In this document: piece after piece, positions 25,820 through 39,900 of the stretch
Position numbering within the stretch: the stretch's first letter is position 1
Layout: each line of letters opens with the position of its first letter
Source of the DNA: Lingula anatina
Lineage: Eukaryota > Animalia > Brachiopoda
Length of the DNA stretch: 64,000 nt
Reading direction: 5' to 3'
Assembly (NCBI GenBank): GCA_051362555.1
Contig: CM120640.1
Coordinates: 50,694,788-50,758,787 of the forward strand
Made by a program: the position numbers and the translations under genes
The notes under the pieces: model-generated
What the model was told of the DNA's origin: nothing
The model's input: the letters and a program-made list of their open reading frames with translations, nothing else
Databases searched by the model: none

Positions 25820-26638
25820 TTTATTAGTAAAAAGGTCATTATATTACTTGGGCCATGTCATTTCCTCTTGAATGCCCGTTATCCTCAAGCAGTGGCTGTT
25901 TAATTTCATTATAGAGTTAGAACACCTAGTAATAATATCCTTAGAATTTGTTGCAAAAGTAACTTCCATCTTTCAACAATGAGGTAAATCATGTTACAGT
26001 TAGATTTAACTGGATGGTGGTTTATGCTGTTAGTGCCTTTCCTCAAGTTTGGATAAAAGAAAATGGAGATAAATAGTTAGTCTTATTTTGGAAATTTAAA
26101 AATGGAAGTATTTCAAGCATCTTCATGAACAAGGTTATATCTTGTACATTTATTTAAATAGTTAATAAGTTATTGCCTGCAAGCCTTCTCAAGCTAATGG
26201 ATAAATAAAGTTTACCATTTTCTCATAATTTGTTGGCAGAACCAATACAGATAGCAGTGGAAATTAATATTTACTGTATTTGTAGAAAACATGGCTTCAC
26301 TTTATTTCCTGTTTACACCAGAAATTGACATCTGAATTTTTAATTTGGTGTATGACAAAAGATACTTGTTGTAATATTCCAAATTGCAAGTCCTAAATAA
26401 AATCAAAGAAAGTGCTTTATGAAAAAAACTATATTAGTATGTGGAATTGGCTTACTGGTTTTCTCTTCAGACAGCACCTAGTTTTATCTCAATGGCCTGT
26501 TGAATCTTACAATTCATTACTAATTCTGTCTGAGAATTTCATTTTCTTATCCTACATGAAAAAACAAAGAATGCATGTATCTTTCCCATTACCTGAAGCA
26601 GAGTGAATAAAGATGTGGTATCAAAAATGTATACATTG

Positions 26639-27614
26639 CAGGGGCGTAACCAGACCTTTAAAAATTGTACGCACAGATCATAAAAATACCCAGCATGTAT
26701 AGCAAAATGTAGACTAACGCAACAGATGAAGGACAGCGTAATCACAGCATATGTACCACACATCGTAGCTTAATTTCCATTAATAATAAAATAATCATTT
26801 AAGTCAAAAATATTCTCGCGATTTAATTAAGTTTCAATATTTTTATTTACCCAGAACGGGTATTCATTATTCATTTAAAAGGAGACTAACTTCGCATCAG
26901 CAGACCCCCCCCTCCCCTCTTCGAATAATGCTGGATCCTCCTCTGAGTTGAACTTGCATATGGTTTCATCCAGCTTTCATGCGGGTGCATGGCTCCCAAA
27001 AACAACCAATTATATGACACAATAGAGCTCTGATACATCTAAGTTTACTTATTTGTTTGTGGAAATTGCCCATGTCACCCTATTAGTTTGGAGGGCTAAG
27101 CTGGATCAAGTCCGTGTGAAATTCTTTGAATCTTTGCAGGAAAAAATCTTCCTTTGTTTCTCTAGCTCCTTATTAAACCTGGTGTCCAGATTTTAGCTAG
27201 TGCCCCTAGGTCTACGGGAGCTGCACTTTGAAAGTAACACACAGGTAGATTTTACCTGAGATAAATATCACCAGCGAGAGTGCGTTCGTTACTCTCATGA
27301 CTACAGGAGAGTTGAAGGCCACTTAACCCTCCAATTAAGAGGTAAAGGATGTTCCAGTTAGATGGACGATTAAGATAGGACTTGTACAGGTAACAGGCAT
27401 TGTTTACCTCAGTTGAATAAAAGTATGCAAGACAGGGGGTCAGAACAATTGTGCGTATACAGAGGATTTGTACATACAGGTGACTTTAATTCGCAGAGGA
27501 TTTTTGATATATATTCCGTGAAAAATACACTAAATTTATATAAAATAATATCATGGTTGTCCAAAAAAAATTGTACGCACAGTGCATCCGTGCGTATGCC
27601 TAGTTACGCCCATG
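26639..27614. mobile_element. Non-autonomous DNA transposon (unclassified), ~976 bp, 5-bp TSD
   Basis: TIRs CAGGGGCGTAACCAG ... CTAGTTACGCCCATG; CATTG on both flanks (26634-26638, 27615-27619); subterminal direct repeat aaaaattgtacgcacag near both ends. Confidence 0.75.
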
Positions 27615-28557
27615 CATTGGATGTATTCGAGTATGGAACTACAGAGAGAAGCTACTTGGGAGATGACAACACCAGGAAGAATCTTTCAATTGTTTGCATT
27701 GTATTACACCAAATCCCATCTTTGACAATGACATATAGGCAAAAAAGTGAATTTCATAGTATTTTCATTCTTGATCCTGGTAAACTTACACCTTATTCAT
27801 TCAATCAAAAACCTGCAATCTAGCAAAGTTAACAGATCATTTTATTAATCAAATCATAAACACCAGTTCCCTTGGCTGACCTAGGATTTCAAAGTTTTTT
27901 TTCTTTTGGAGCCAATGCACATTTGGATGTTTAATAACATACCTTTTTTGAATCACAAAACATCAATCATTTGCAAAAGAGACTTTATTTTACTACCAAA
28001 CACTAGCTCCCCATTGCCTTCAGTTATAAAAGAAAAAAGATATCACAAAATTTACAAAACACCATTCACTTTCTAATAGCATGAGACACGTACTGAAATT
28101 AGTTTCTTTCAATTTTCAACATTTTTTTTTACATAAAATAATCAATTTACTGTCATTTTTATATGATCAACTAAGAAAATTGATGAAATGGGAAAAATAT
28201 CAATAGAACTATTTTGAATGTCCAATTTGCTCTATTCTGAAATCCTAAACAAAGTGAATGATTGAATGACAAAATGCAATGATATCGATGTCTGTACATA
28301 AAAACCAATCAATCAAATATTAAGAAAATCTCAACTTTTAGAAAGGTCCACTATACACTCTTGACTAAAAAACATTCAATCACTGAGCATTCACCCTTAT
28401 GCTGGGAGTACATAAGGTGCCACAGTTGTTGAATAATGATTCAATGTTAGGAATGTACTAGTAACTGTTCCCCAAATTGTGTACATCTCCACTACAACAA
28501 TTGGCCAATTGAAAGCTATCTCTGCAACATGCATGTGATTACTCCTGCCATTCAGAT

Positions 28558-30544
28558 TTATGTATCTGAGTTAGAATTCATTTTTGCCTTTATTGAATCA
28601 AAGTCAAAAAGAGGCATTTCCAGTGGAGGTAATTCAAGCGAAGGCAAGTCTGACAAATTCATGTGTGGTGGAATCGAGTAAAACCGTTCTTCTTCATCAT
28701 TTTCATCATCAACGTATACAGGTTTGATGTGATTATTTGTTTTTAACTCCTCATTTTCTTTTTTAATCTTATTCAATTCCTCATGCAAATTTGCATTTTC
28801 TCCTAAAAGCTGTTCTATGTGTGACCTTAAAGCCAGATTGTGAGTCTTTAATTCTTCAATAATCATTTTGTCATCTTTGGGAGCCTTTACTGCAGTCTGA
28901 ATGAGGTGTCTATTTGGCCATGGTCTTGGTGAATCCATACCCAAAGATATAGCACGGTTATGTAAAAAGAACAGTAAAGAATCTGTTTCCTCCATGGTCT
29001 TAAATGTTTCTTCCTCCATCTGGCCATCAGTAACATCTGTTGGCATGTCTGAATACCCTGATATCTGTGGTAGATTGTCAGACAGAGATGCAATGTTAGT
29101 TATAGTAGTATCATTGGAATCCATCTGCTGTTGCTTCTGCAACTGTGCCTTTCTTTGCTTTGCTCTGATGACAGCCTTTTGCTTGATATGGTGGTCATGC
29201 TGTAGCTGAAGGGATTCTAGAGCCTTTTCTACCCTTGTAAGGGACTGAGCCTTAAGGAGATACTCTAAAAATGTCACAATATATTTATTTTATATATTGT
29301 AATGTAACACAAGCAAAAATAGTCAAATAAATCTATACTTTAAGCAATCAGAGAGGTCTGATTAAAGGTTTACCTGTGAGCAAAACTTATGAACAGTGTA
29401 ACAAAAGTGTTTCTTAACTTAAAAAAAAAAAAAGGCAAAAAAATGTCCTTTCATTTCATCTGATATTTTTCACCTGCTGCTTGCTGATGGCACTCTACAG
29501 CTTCATCAAATTTTCCAGATCTTAGAAGAGCTTCTGCCTTTCTTTCTTGTTGATGGGCCTAAAATTAAAGACAATCTAAGTAAATCTTGGAAGTAGAGTC
29601 TCGACTAAAATGTAAAATGCCTTAAAACCTTACATGCAATCAATCATCAGTATTTAAAACAGATAAACATATAAATGCAGACGGGTGATATTTGCACAAT
29701 GTCGATTTTTGTATTCAGGTGTACAGTGGTATGCTACTAGTAGCTCCCAAATCCAGAGTAACTCTAAGTAAAAGTTGAACAGGTCAATATACATGCTAAC
29801 CTGTGATGTGTGTGTATGTGTGTGTGTGCATGCATGCTTGGTTTGAACTTAATAAGATTCATTTTACCATTTCATTTTGAATTTTTATTGCATAGAGACT
29901 GTATTTGTATTTCACAAGCCACAAATATAATAGGATATGGTGATTTTCTAACACCAACTTATGACTATGTAAAAAAAAAAAAAAATACCGATAATCTTTA
30001 TACTGTACATTATGGTGGTCTAATGTGGTTTCATAAGAGTCGTTATTTTATTATTATTATTTTATTATTTATCAGCAGATGAAAGGATTTTATAACATCT
30101 GCTTTTGTATACGAAAAAAAAAATGTGTGACATCATTACTAGACTAATTTTATGGTTACAGATTTATTTAAGGGACAAAAAGCGTGTGGTTTTTAATACG
30201 TTTTACTTAAAAATACATTAACCACTTTTTACTGAACTTCACTAACAATAAGTACCGGTAGTACAGTGCAATACATATTACTTCACTACTATTACTAATT
30301 TATAAATATAATGACAGCACAGCAGCGAAAGATAGAGGAAGATGGCGGAGGATGCTGACAAGCCTTAGAGTTAGTAATGACTTGTAGTAGTTTCGAGAGG
30401 TACATCTAAGTCCACGTCAATATCAACAGACGAGAATATGTGTTGTTTTTAAATAATGTCCGATTAAAATCATGCAGTGAAGCAATATTTCATCAACAGA
30501 AAATATATTCTTTAATTCACCTTGTTTAGCGGCGAATCCATCAT
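28558..30544 (-). CDS. NRBF2: Nuclear receptor-binding factor 2 / Atg38 orthologue; exons 30544-30521, 29558-29474, 29264-28558; 271 aa
   Basis: Spliced MMDSPLNK/AHQQERKAEALLRSGKFDEAVECHQQAA/EYL is the NRBF2 MIT domain. Also has the KAPKDDKMIIEEL coiled coil and a C-terminal LELPPLEMP. 816 nt in frame. Confidence 0.95.
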
Positions 30545-30977
30545 TTCTCATATGGCAGCGGTCTGATTGTGTGTTTACCAGTGCTTCGTCAAAATCAAAA
30601 TAGGAAATAAAAAATTCTAGTGTCGGGAGAGGAAATACACATTTCAGTTTCACGTCGGACTTCTACAACCTAGTTGTATCATTGGATGAAAAAAATCTAC
30701 TTCCAGTTTCAATACTTATGTGAAAATAACTCTATCCATCAAAAAAGGTGAGGAGTTACACAGAGATTTTTTTTATTGAGATTGTTGTCACGCACGCCCT
30801 TATTTATGAATTTTTGAAATATATTTCTTACCGCCTATCCTATCTGCCCGCATATTTGTCACGTGACAGTGTTTAGCAGACAGCCCTTTTAAGCAGCCTG
30901 CAGACTGGCTGTAACTAAGCACGGGAACACGTCCTTGTATTTGCAATTCTACTCGCTGCCTATTCAAGCTGTTCAGT
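30545..30977. promoter_or_regulatory. Bidirectional promoter NRBF2/PEBP4-like with a perfect CLEAR palindrome
   Basis: The two start codons are head-to-head, 433 bp apart; GTCACGTGAC at 30858-30867. Confidence 0.7.
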
Positions 30978-33900
30978 ATGTCACTGCTCGTTCCAGTTGC
31001 TTTTCTTTTGTTTTTCTCCAGCTCTACCATTTTTGGAATGGGCTCAGACGAAGTCGAAAGAAGTGAATTATGTTCGAAGGAAGTGCCGCCCGATCCTTGC
31101 ACACTTCCAGAACTCAAGCTTGATGAAAGGTTTGGCGCATGCGGTGAAAAAATAGAACTTGGTGTTACTAAAGACAAACCTGAGACCGTCAAATTTCCAG
31201 ATGTTGGTGAGGTAATATTATCAGTATTTTTAATTCAAGTTAAATAATTTTTTATTGCATCGTTTTTGCCCGTTGGGAATTTGTAACGTCACACAAAATA
31301 ATATTTTACGTGTACTTTGTCTTTTTGTAATAAGGAAAATATTTTTTCGTTTAAGAACGTGACATTTTTGAAGAAAATTATCATTATTTGCATCTGTTTT
31401 TGTCATTGGCCAAGTGAAATAAGTACAAATCTTATAATTTGCATGATACCAGAGTGTTGAAATAATTTAGATCTGTGGGTGCCAGTGCACTCGGTAGGAT
31501 TTTTCTAAGGGAGTACCGTACCCCTTGCCCAAAAAAAGAAGGGGTAATTTTCAAAATGAAGGGGTAAAATTAAAAAATGCTCATCAAGGTGTAATTACTA
31601 TGTCACCTTATAGTGTTGTTTCTTTGGCTTTTTCTCCAAAAATCAGTGGGGGGGGGGGGGGGGTGGGGGGGGGGAATATAACATGTAATTTATTAGAGAT
31701 TTTACATTGCTTTTAAATTACCACAGAAACAATCAAAATACAACAAGTACGACTGCACTTCATAGCCAAAAATTTACAATCTATTCTTGACTGAGATTTA
31801 AAAATGCCCCTGGCCTAACTGCTTCCTTAGTAAAGTTTTTAAAAAAACTAGGTCAAACAAGCGCTCTGTAATAGTTGGGAGAGGGAGAGATAGAGAACGG
31901 CGCCAAAATGTCTGGACACTGACAAGTAGTCACCCAGTATCCGTCTCTGTCAAACAAGCATTTTTTAGTATACTATTTGAGAAGGGACACAAAATTTACA
32001 TATTTAACCATTTTAATCAATCAAAATGTTCATACTTCTTACTCTTCCTAGTGTTTCTCCCTAAAATTGATGCCGACAAAAAGTAGGTCAAGTCGGGAAC
32101 ATTAGGCACCCGTCGTTTTTAAGTTTTACTAAATTGTTTATAAAAATTAAACCTTCTGCTTTCAATTTGTAAATAATTACTAGAAATATTATTTCACAGT
32201 TTGTTGAAAGATAATTTTTATTTATGTTTGTTAGCGCAGCACTTCAAGTTCAACTGTTTTCTAAGCCGGCCAAATCTGGAGCTAGCCGGTTGCTGCAAAC
32301 CATTTTGTTTCCAACCGGCAAATGACTGCCAATAATAAACGATCTATTTTGCCTGTGATAATAAATTTTACACTTCAAATTTTCCGGGCAAGTGAACAGC
32401 CGAAAGTCACTTGCGTTTCCGGGCAACTACCAGCTAAATTTTAGTTGCCCGGCTGATAAAACTAGTTGCGAAACGCAACCATCGCAAGTAGGTATGTCGG
32501 ACTCTGAAATCTATAGTAAATAACTTTGCCTACCTTGCATGACAAAACCTTTTAATTGACTGTTGTTTTTTCCTTTGCTTTTCCTTTTTCTCGTCATTTT
32601 GTCATCACTGGTAATCAGCAGAGCTGGAAATTCCCGGTCGCCCGCTCGTCAAATGCGACTAAAATTTTATTCTGACGACTAAAACTACAAAAGTCACAAG
32701 GGTTACTGGCCTAAAGTATTTGGTCTGGGCGAGTGATTTAAATTGGTCCTAAACGTATGGTTGCTCAATTAAAATGTTGAACAATTATGTGAATAAAAAA
32801 ACGATCATTTCATCGTTGTTCATACCTTGTTTATACTTAAGAGAGGCACACGTGCTTTGACCTAAAATTTGCATATTATGACCAATCAGAGAAGATTACG
32901 TCATCCTCTGCGGGTCAGTGAAAGAAGAAGCATGTTTTAGTCGGGTAATTCAAATATCTTAAGAAAAAAATGAGACACTTGGGAATCAATTATGACATTT
33001 TCAACATGAGTCTGACCGTCAACAGTCAACGGACTGGTCAACTTCGCCGATCTTCAAAGCCAAAGGTGTGCGTATTCGTACGCGCTGGGGCTCCAGCCAA
33101 TGCGTAAAAACAGCAAAACAACGCGTAATTACGCACTCTCATACGCTAACGAGTTTACTGGGTGCTTTCCCAGAGATTTAGATCGATCTATCCCCGCGGG
33201 GAGTCTCACTAGATTACTGTCAGGTAATCCAGCTGAAATGTCCGTCCCGCCTACTACAAGCTGTAAGGGGGTAATTAACTTTCGTGTCCGCTCGGTTGAC
33301 AGCTATTTATTGTGAACCCCCAGGGAGTTAGGTCGATCTAAAGTAGATCGATCTAATCTCTGGAAATGGGGTCTTAGATCGACATAACTCTCTGGGGGTT
33401 CACGCTAAATTGCAGTCAGCCGAGCGGGCACCATAGTTAATTACCCCCTTACAGCTTTTAGTAGGTGGGTCAGACGCTTAAGCCGGCCAAGCTGACAGTA
33501 ATCTAGTGAGACTCCCCACAGGGATAGATCGATCTAAAAATCTATGGAAATGGGGTGTATGCCAGCATTTTGCAAAGTTAAGTAACCAGTTGCAGTTAAA
33601 CCAGAAAACTAGTCATACATTTTTTACTTATCCTTTGTGTTTAATTAGGATAAGACTAATAAAATTTCAAGTAAAATTGTTTCCTATTTAATAAGATTTT
33701 TGAATTATTTTATAGTTCCTCTGCCCATACCAGGGCAGCTTATATCTGCACCTTTTATTTTCAACAAAAGAAGAAAATAGGATACTTCCTCTGCTTTATA
33801 TTCATAAATGACATCTTTCATTCTATTGAAAATTGTAACCTCTGCAACTATGCAGATGATAACACCTTAAGTGCTGCACACCCAGACTTTGATACCTTAA

Positions 33901-36900
33901 AAAGGTAGCTCGAATACGATGCACAAAATGCTATAAATTGGTTTTCCTCAAACGAGATGGAAGCGAACCCTGAAAAATTCCAAGCTATATTTATTGGCAA
34001 AACAGGAGTCAACCATAGTGAAGAGCAATTATCTTTCAATGGAAAATTAGTGAAACCAGAACCCTGGGTCAAGCTCCTTGGGGTTTACTTTGACTCAAGA
34101 CTGACTTTCAACAAACACATCTCAGAATTATGTTCAAAAACAGCATGTCAATTAAACACTCTGAAAAGGCTTTCAGCTCATCTAGATGTCCCAAGTCGGC
34201 TTGCCATTTTCAGGCACTTTGCATTATCAAACTTTAATAATTGTCCGTTAGTATGGCATTTTTGTGGCGAGGGAAATATGAAAAAATTAGAAAAGATACA
34301 GGAAAGGGGTCTAAGATTTGTCTACGACAACCACACAAGCAGTTACGACGAGCTTTTAAATATGTCAGGCCTCAGCACTCTGCACTTGAACAGGCTACAT
34401 ATGCTTGCACTTGAGGTTTACAAAGCTATACATGGACTTGCACCTTCCTACCTCTCCGACCTTTTCCAGGAAAGAATAACAAGTTACAACCTTAGAGGAG
34501 AAAAGACTCTTAATATACCCAGATTTAACACAGTGACATACGGCAAAAAAATCCTTATCATATCTTGGGCCACAAATATGGAATGATCTCTCAAATGACT
34601 TAAAGCAAAGCATCAATTCAAATGAGTTTAAATCACTTTTAAGGCTTTGGGAAGGACCCAAATGCAGATGTAACCTGTGTAACCTATATGCTTTTAGTGA
34701 AACTGTGTAATAATACGTCATGCTTACATCATTTTATATAACTGTATCAGTGAGCATTGTATGTAGAATTCTGTTTTTCACAATTGATTTAGAATAGCAT
34801 TCTGCACATTTCCCATAAAAAACTTTTTTCTAATTTGCTATCTTAATAGAATTCATGTTTTTGTATATTGTTTGTAGAAAGTTTTTTTGTCTTTTGGTAT
34901 ACTCTTTGTAGAAAGTTTTTTGTCTTTTGGTATACTCTGTAGAAAGATTTTCTTTTTACTCTTACTAGACTTCATGTGTAATATTGCATTATTGTAGATA
35001 TGTTTTTGTCCTCACCCAGTCGGCGAATAGCTGTAAAGCTAATGTTTCCTTTCAATTTATACCCGACATGAAATAAAATTTATTGCATTGTATTGTACTT
35101 TGTATTATCACATGAACTGACATGTTATTGAGCCATTTGTGATGGGGTATAAATCCTGTCTCCTTGGTTGGAAGAAAAGACCATTACTAAAATGAAAGGC
35201 TAAAAATCAGATTTATCAGTGGCTTGTCAGATAAGTTTTATTTGATTTGTTAAATAGCCCCTACACACACACATAAAAGAAAGCCTTAAGCAAACATTGG
35301 GTAACATGTGGATTTATTTGGGAGTTTTGTGTGACTCAGTTGTGAAGTGATTAAAAATCTGCTTTAATGTCTTGAACTATTTGTTTTGACTATATATAAG
35401 CTGAACAGACATATAATTATGTAACAAAAGTAAAATGCCTCAGAAGAGATCATACATAACTGCTTAGCAAGAAACCACATTTGAATAAATCATTCCATTT
35501 TGTATAAAACCAGTATAAAGGGAAATAAATTTGTCAATAATTAATTTACTTGCAAGGTTGGTTTTTAGTATTGAAACATCCTACGCAACATGAAGGGAGT
35601 ATAATAAGATATTTCATTTGATTAAAAAAAGGATTAAAACTGATTTTTAATTTTTCTGATTTTTTAAAAAACTCTTTTATCAGGATGAGCAGTATGTGCT
35701 TGTTATGGTGGATCCTGATGTTCCTTCCTACAACAATCCAGTAACTCAGCTGTGGAAACACTGGGTGGTTGCTGGAATTTCAGTAAGTATTTCATCATTT
35801 ATAAGTACTGGCACCTATTCAAAGGTGTCAACAACAATTTTAGGTAGTCAACTACCTTGAACTTATCCAACTTGCGCTCCAAATACTCTTTTGATATGTG
35901 GGTCAGAAGCATTTGTCTTAAAGGGCTAACAACCCTTAATTTTGGCTGGAAAGTGCCATAAAACGAATTTTCCTGGGATAAAGAAGGATGTTTTTATAAT
36001 TCATTTTTGTAAATGAATCTGTCCCGATATTTAAAGTTAGTCAATTATTATTAATTTTTTTTTGTAATAATCTCTTGAAAAATTGTTATGGAGTGCAGCC
36101 ATCTATGAAGGTCCAGCTGATCCAATGGCCAGCACAGATTTCAGAATATTGCGGAAACTGCTGTTTTGGTGGTAAAATGGAATTTATTATTACTATTTCT
36201 ATATGTTGTTTACAGCATATTTATTGTGGTATTTTTAATCTCATATGAAGAGTTGTTATCCCTTTAAGAGGGATGAAAATGGTTTTCACGCCTTGTACGT
36301 AGAAAGTATATGAACATGCATTTAACAGATATAAGCCTTGCTGCCAGTTGTAGGTTTAAAAAGCAAGATGATATTTAACTGTTATTTTATTTTTGTTTGA
36401 GCATAAGCATAAGTTATCAGAATTGATATTTGGGAAGCACAAGTCACTTACTAGTACAACCCTTGCCCTTAGTAGCTGATATAAATAAATTTTCTATGTT
36501 ATCTTAACCAAAACCTTCAAATATACACAAGTAAGTAACATGTATAATTCACAATATCTTTTTGGTGTAATTTTAGTAACATTAATGAGTACATTTCCAT
36601 TAAAAGAACTGATAAGGAAAGTCATCAGATGAAGTTAAGTGCTTGTTTGACATGTTAAATTCTTAAATTAAGAGATTTGGTATCTCATCAGCTAATGGGT
36701 TTATTTTTATTTTCAGTTGTAATCAACTTGTAATTTGTCATAATAAGGGTTTAACGTGAACTCATGTTTCACAGTTTGGCTACAATTTCTAGGATTCTGT
36801 AGTGTTTGGTTACACTTAATCTTTTGTCAGTTCTTTGATAAAAAGTGATGAAAGGAAATTAAATTGAAATGAAGGCAATCAATTATGTGAATAATGAATT

Positions 36901-39900
36901 TTTATTTTGAGGACTTGTTTCAAAATTATTTTTGTAACCATTTTAGTTGAACTCTGTTGGTAAAGGATTCTTGATTGTGTGACAGTTTGTTTAACATGCT
37001 TTTTATGTACAGACACAGATGTGTCTGTACATATTGCCATCACCTGCGTCTGTCGTCGCCGATGCCGATGCCGATGGCGATGCCGATGCCGATGCCGATG
37101 CCGTCGCCGTGCACTTTCCTTGTAAACACGATAAGTGGAGGGCAGTTTTACTTTTTGGCTTTATATTTACAGAGCTGGTGAATATTCATAAAACGCAGGT
37201 CAAGTTCGAAAATCAGCATGATCGGGCCATTATTGTAGAAGTTATGCTGTTTTTTCACTTTTCAGCATATTTTTCACATTTCCTCAGATTCAATTCTTTG
37301 GCATGTTAACAGTCTCATTATTAAACTAATAAGATACGTAAAAGTTTTTGTTTGACATTTCCTGCATCTTTACAACATTGTTAGTTGATTTTGTAAAAAT
37401 GATGGCAAACTTGTTATCGTGTATTGTGTAATAAAGTTTCAAAAATGGAAATTAACTCATATCATTGCAGTTTGTCAGATTCAATCATTCACTATGTTCA
37501 GAATCTCAGAATGGAAGAAATTGGACATTTAACACTGCTTTATTGATATTTTTCCCATCTCATCAATTTTCTAAGTTGATCATATAAAAATGGCAGTAAA
37601 CTGTTAATTTTGTTTTATGTTAAAAATTGTTAAAAATGGGAAAAAAAACATTTCAGAACAGTGCTGTCTTATTTTCATTTTGGCATTTTCAAGTTGTGAC
37701 TTTGAAGTTCCATGGGCCTGAAGACCTTTGCTAGTCACATTTTCTGAATATCCATGATACTAATATTTTATTATTAAAAATTGATGGTCATTATGCTGTT
37801 AAACATTATGTAATATTGCATCAAAATTTGAAAAAAAACCTACTTTGGGCACTGCTCTCATGATGACCATTTAAGAAAAACCATGTCACTTACTGTTCTC
37901 AAACAGTACAGTAAATATATATATAGATGTGTCTGTACATAATGCCATCACCTGCGTCTGTCGTCGCCGTCATCGCCGGCGCCGTGCACTTTCATTGTAA
38001 ACACGATAAGTGGAAGGCAGTTTTACTTTTTGGCTTTATATTTACAGAGCTGATGAATATTCATAATACGCAGGTCAAGTTCGAAAATCAGCATGATCGG
38101 GCCATTATTGTAGAAGTTATGCTTTTTTTTCACTTTTCAGCGTATATGCAACACTGTAAACACATTCCAAGGAAAAGCGATAGGCCTGTTGTCATGAAAC
38201 TCACAGGAGTAATCTATCTTACTAAAACGCAGGTCAAGTTCGAAAGTCAGCATGATCAGGTTACTATTTTAGTAGTTATGCTTTTTTTTTCACTTTTCAG
38301 CATATATGCAACACTGTAAACACAATATACGAAAAACAGATAGGCCAATTGTCATTAAACTCACAGGAGTGGTCAATCCTGCTAAAACGCAGGTTGAGTT
38401 AAAAAATCAGCATAATCGGGCCATTATTTTAGAAGTTATGTTGTTTTTACACATTTCCTCAGATTCAATTCTTAGGCATGTTAACAGTTTCATTATTTAA
38501 TTAATAAGATATTAAAAGTGTTTGTTTGACATTTCCTGCATCTTTATAACATTGTTAGTTGATTTTGTAAAAATGATGGTTAATTTGTATTGTGTATTGT
38601 GTAATAAAGTTTCAAAAGTGGAAATAAACTCATATCATTGCAGTTTGTCAGATTCAATCATTCACTATGTTCAGAATCTCAGAATGGAAGAAATTGGACA
38701 TTTAACACTGCTCTATTGATATTTTTCCCATCTCATCAATTTTCTTAGTTGATCATATAAAAATGGCAGTAAGCTGTTAATTTTGTTTTATGTTAAAAAT
38801 TGTTAAAAATGGAAAAAAAAACATTTCAGAACAGTGCTGTCTTGTTTACGTTTTGGCATTTTCAAGTTGTGACTTTGAAGTTCCATGGGCCTGAAGACCT
38901 TTGCTAGTTACATTTTCTGAATATCCATGATACTAATATTTTATTATTAAAAATTGATGGTCATTATGCTGTTAAACATTATGTAATATTGCATCAAAAT
39001 TTGAAAAAAAACCTACTTTGGGCACTGCTCCCATGATGACCATTTAAGAAAAACCATGTCACTTACTGTTCTCAAACAGTACAGTAAATATGTACAGATG
39101 TGTCAAAAATGTGTCTGTACATATTGCCATCACTTGCGTCTGTCTTCGCCGTCACCGCCGTCACCGGCGCCTTGCACTTTCATTGTAAACACGATAAGTG
39201 GAAGGCAGTTTTACTTTTGGGCTTTATATTTACAGAGCTGATGAATATTCATAAAACGCAGGTCAAGTTCGAAAATCAGCATGATTGGGCCATTATTGTA
39301 GAAGTTATGCTTTTTTTTCACTTTTCAGCATATTTCACATATTGGCATTTTCAAGGTGTGACTTTGAAGTTCTACATGCTTGAAGACCCATGCTAGTCAC
39401 ATTTTCTGAAAATCCATGATACGTATATTTTATTATTAAAAATTGACGGTCATAATGCTGTTAACCAATATGTAATATTGCATCAGAATAGAAGAAAACA
39501 ATTATGGGTGCTGCTGCCATGATGACCATTATGGGAAAACCATGTTACTTATGATTGCCAAATGTTCAAAAAAGAAATGCAGGACTAAAATGCAGCCTGG
39601 GTTGGAAAAGTAGTCTAATTGGCTTCTTTTTCTGGAAGTTATACATTTTCAAAGTGTGAACTTGAACTCCCATGGGCCTGAAGCCTTATGCTTGTTACAC
39701 GTTTTACTTACATTGGTATTACCTGTTGAGCATAATTCAAATTTGATGTTGAATTTGCAGTTTAACATAATGTACTTTTGCATCAGAATTGACAGTAGCC
39801 TATTTTGTGCATAGTTATTTCCTGCTTTTTGTCTGTACATTTGACAGCTTTGCTGCCTTGTTTTTAAAGATATTAAGTCATGCTTGTATTCTGCTTGCTT

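Noticed and set aside
30800-31192. 130-aa minus-strand ORF
   Set aside because: Antisense to PEBP4-like exon 1; low complexity and non-ATG start.
31647-31674. Long G-run (G-quadruplex potential)
   Set aside because: An isolated homopolymer in an intron, common in repeat remnants and prone to sequencing error.
32230-32760. Possible hAT-like termini (cagagctggaaattcc...; gttagcgc...gcgaaacgcaac)
   Set aside because: I could not pair the ends or find a TSD; probably decayed transposon fragments.
36975-39396. Repeated ORFs with HFHCKHDKWKAV/QVKFENQHDR motifs as a gene family
   Set aside because: They are translations of the HINE-like tandem core and microsatellite, not spliced genes.
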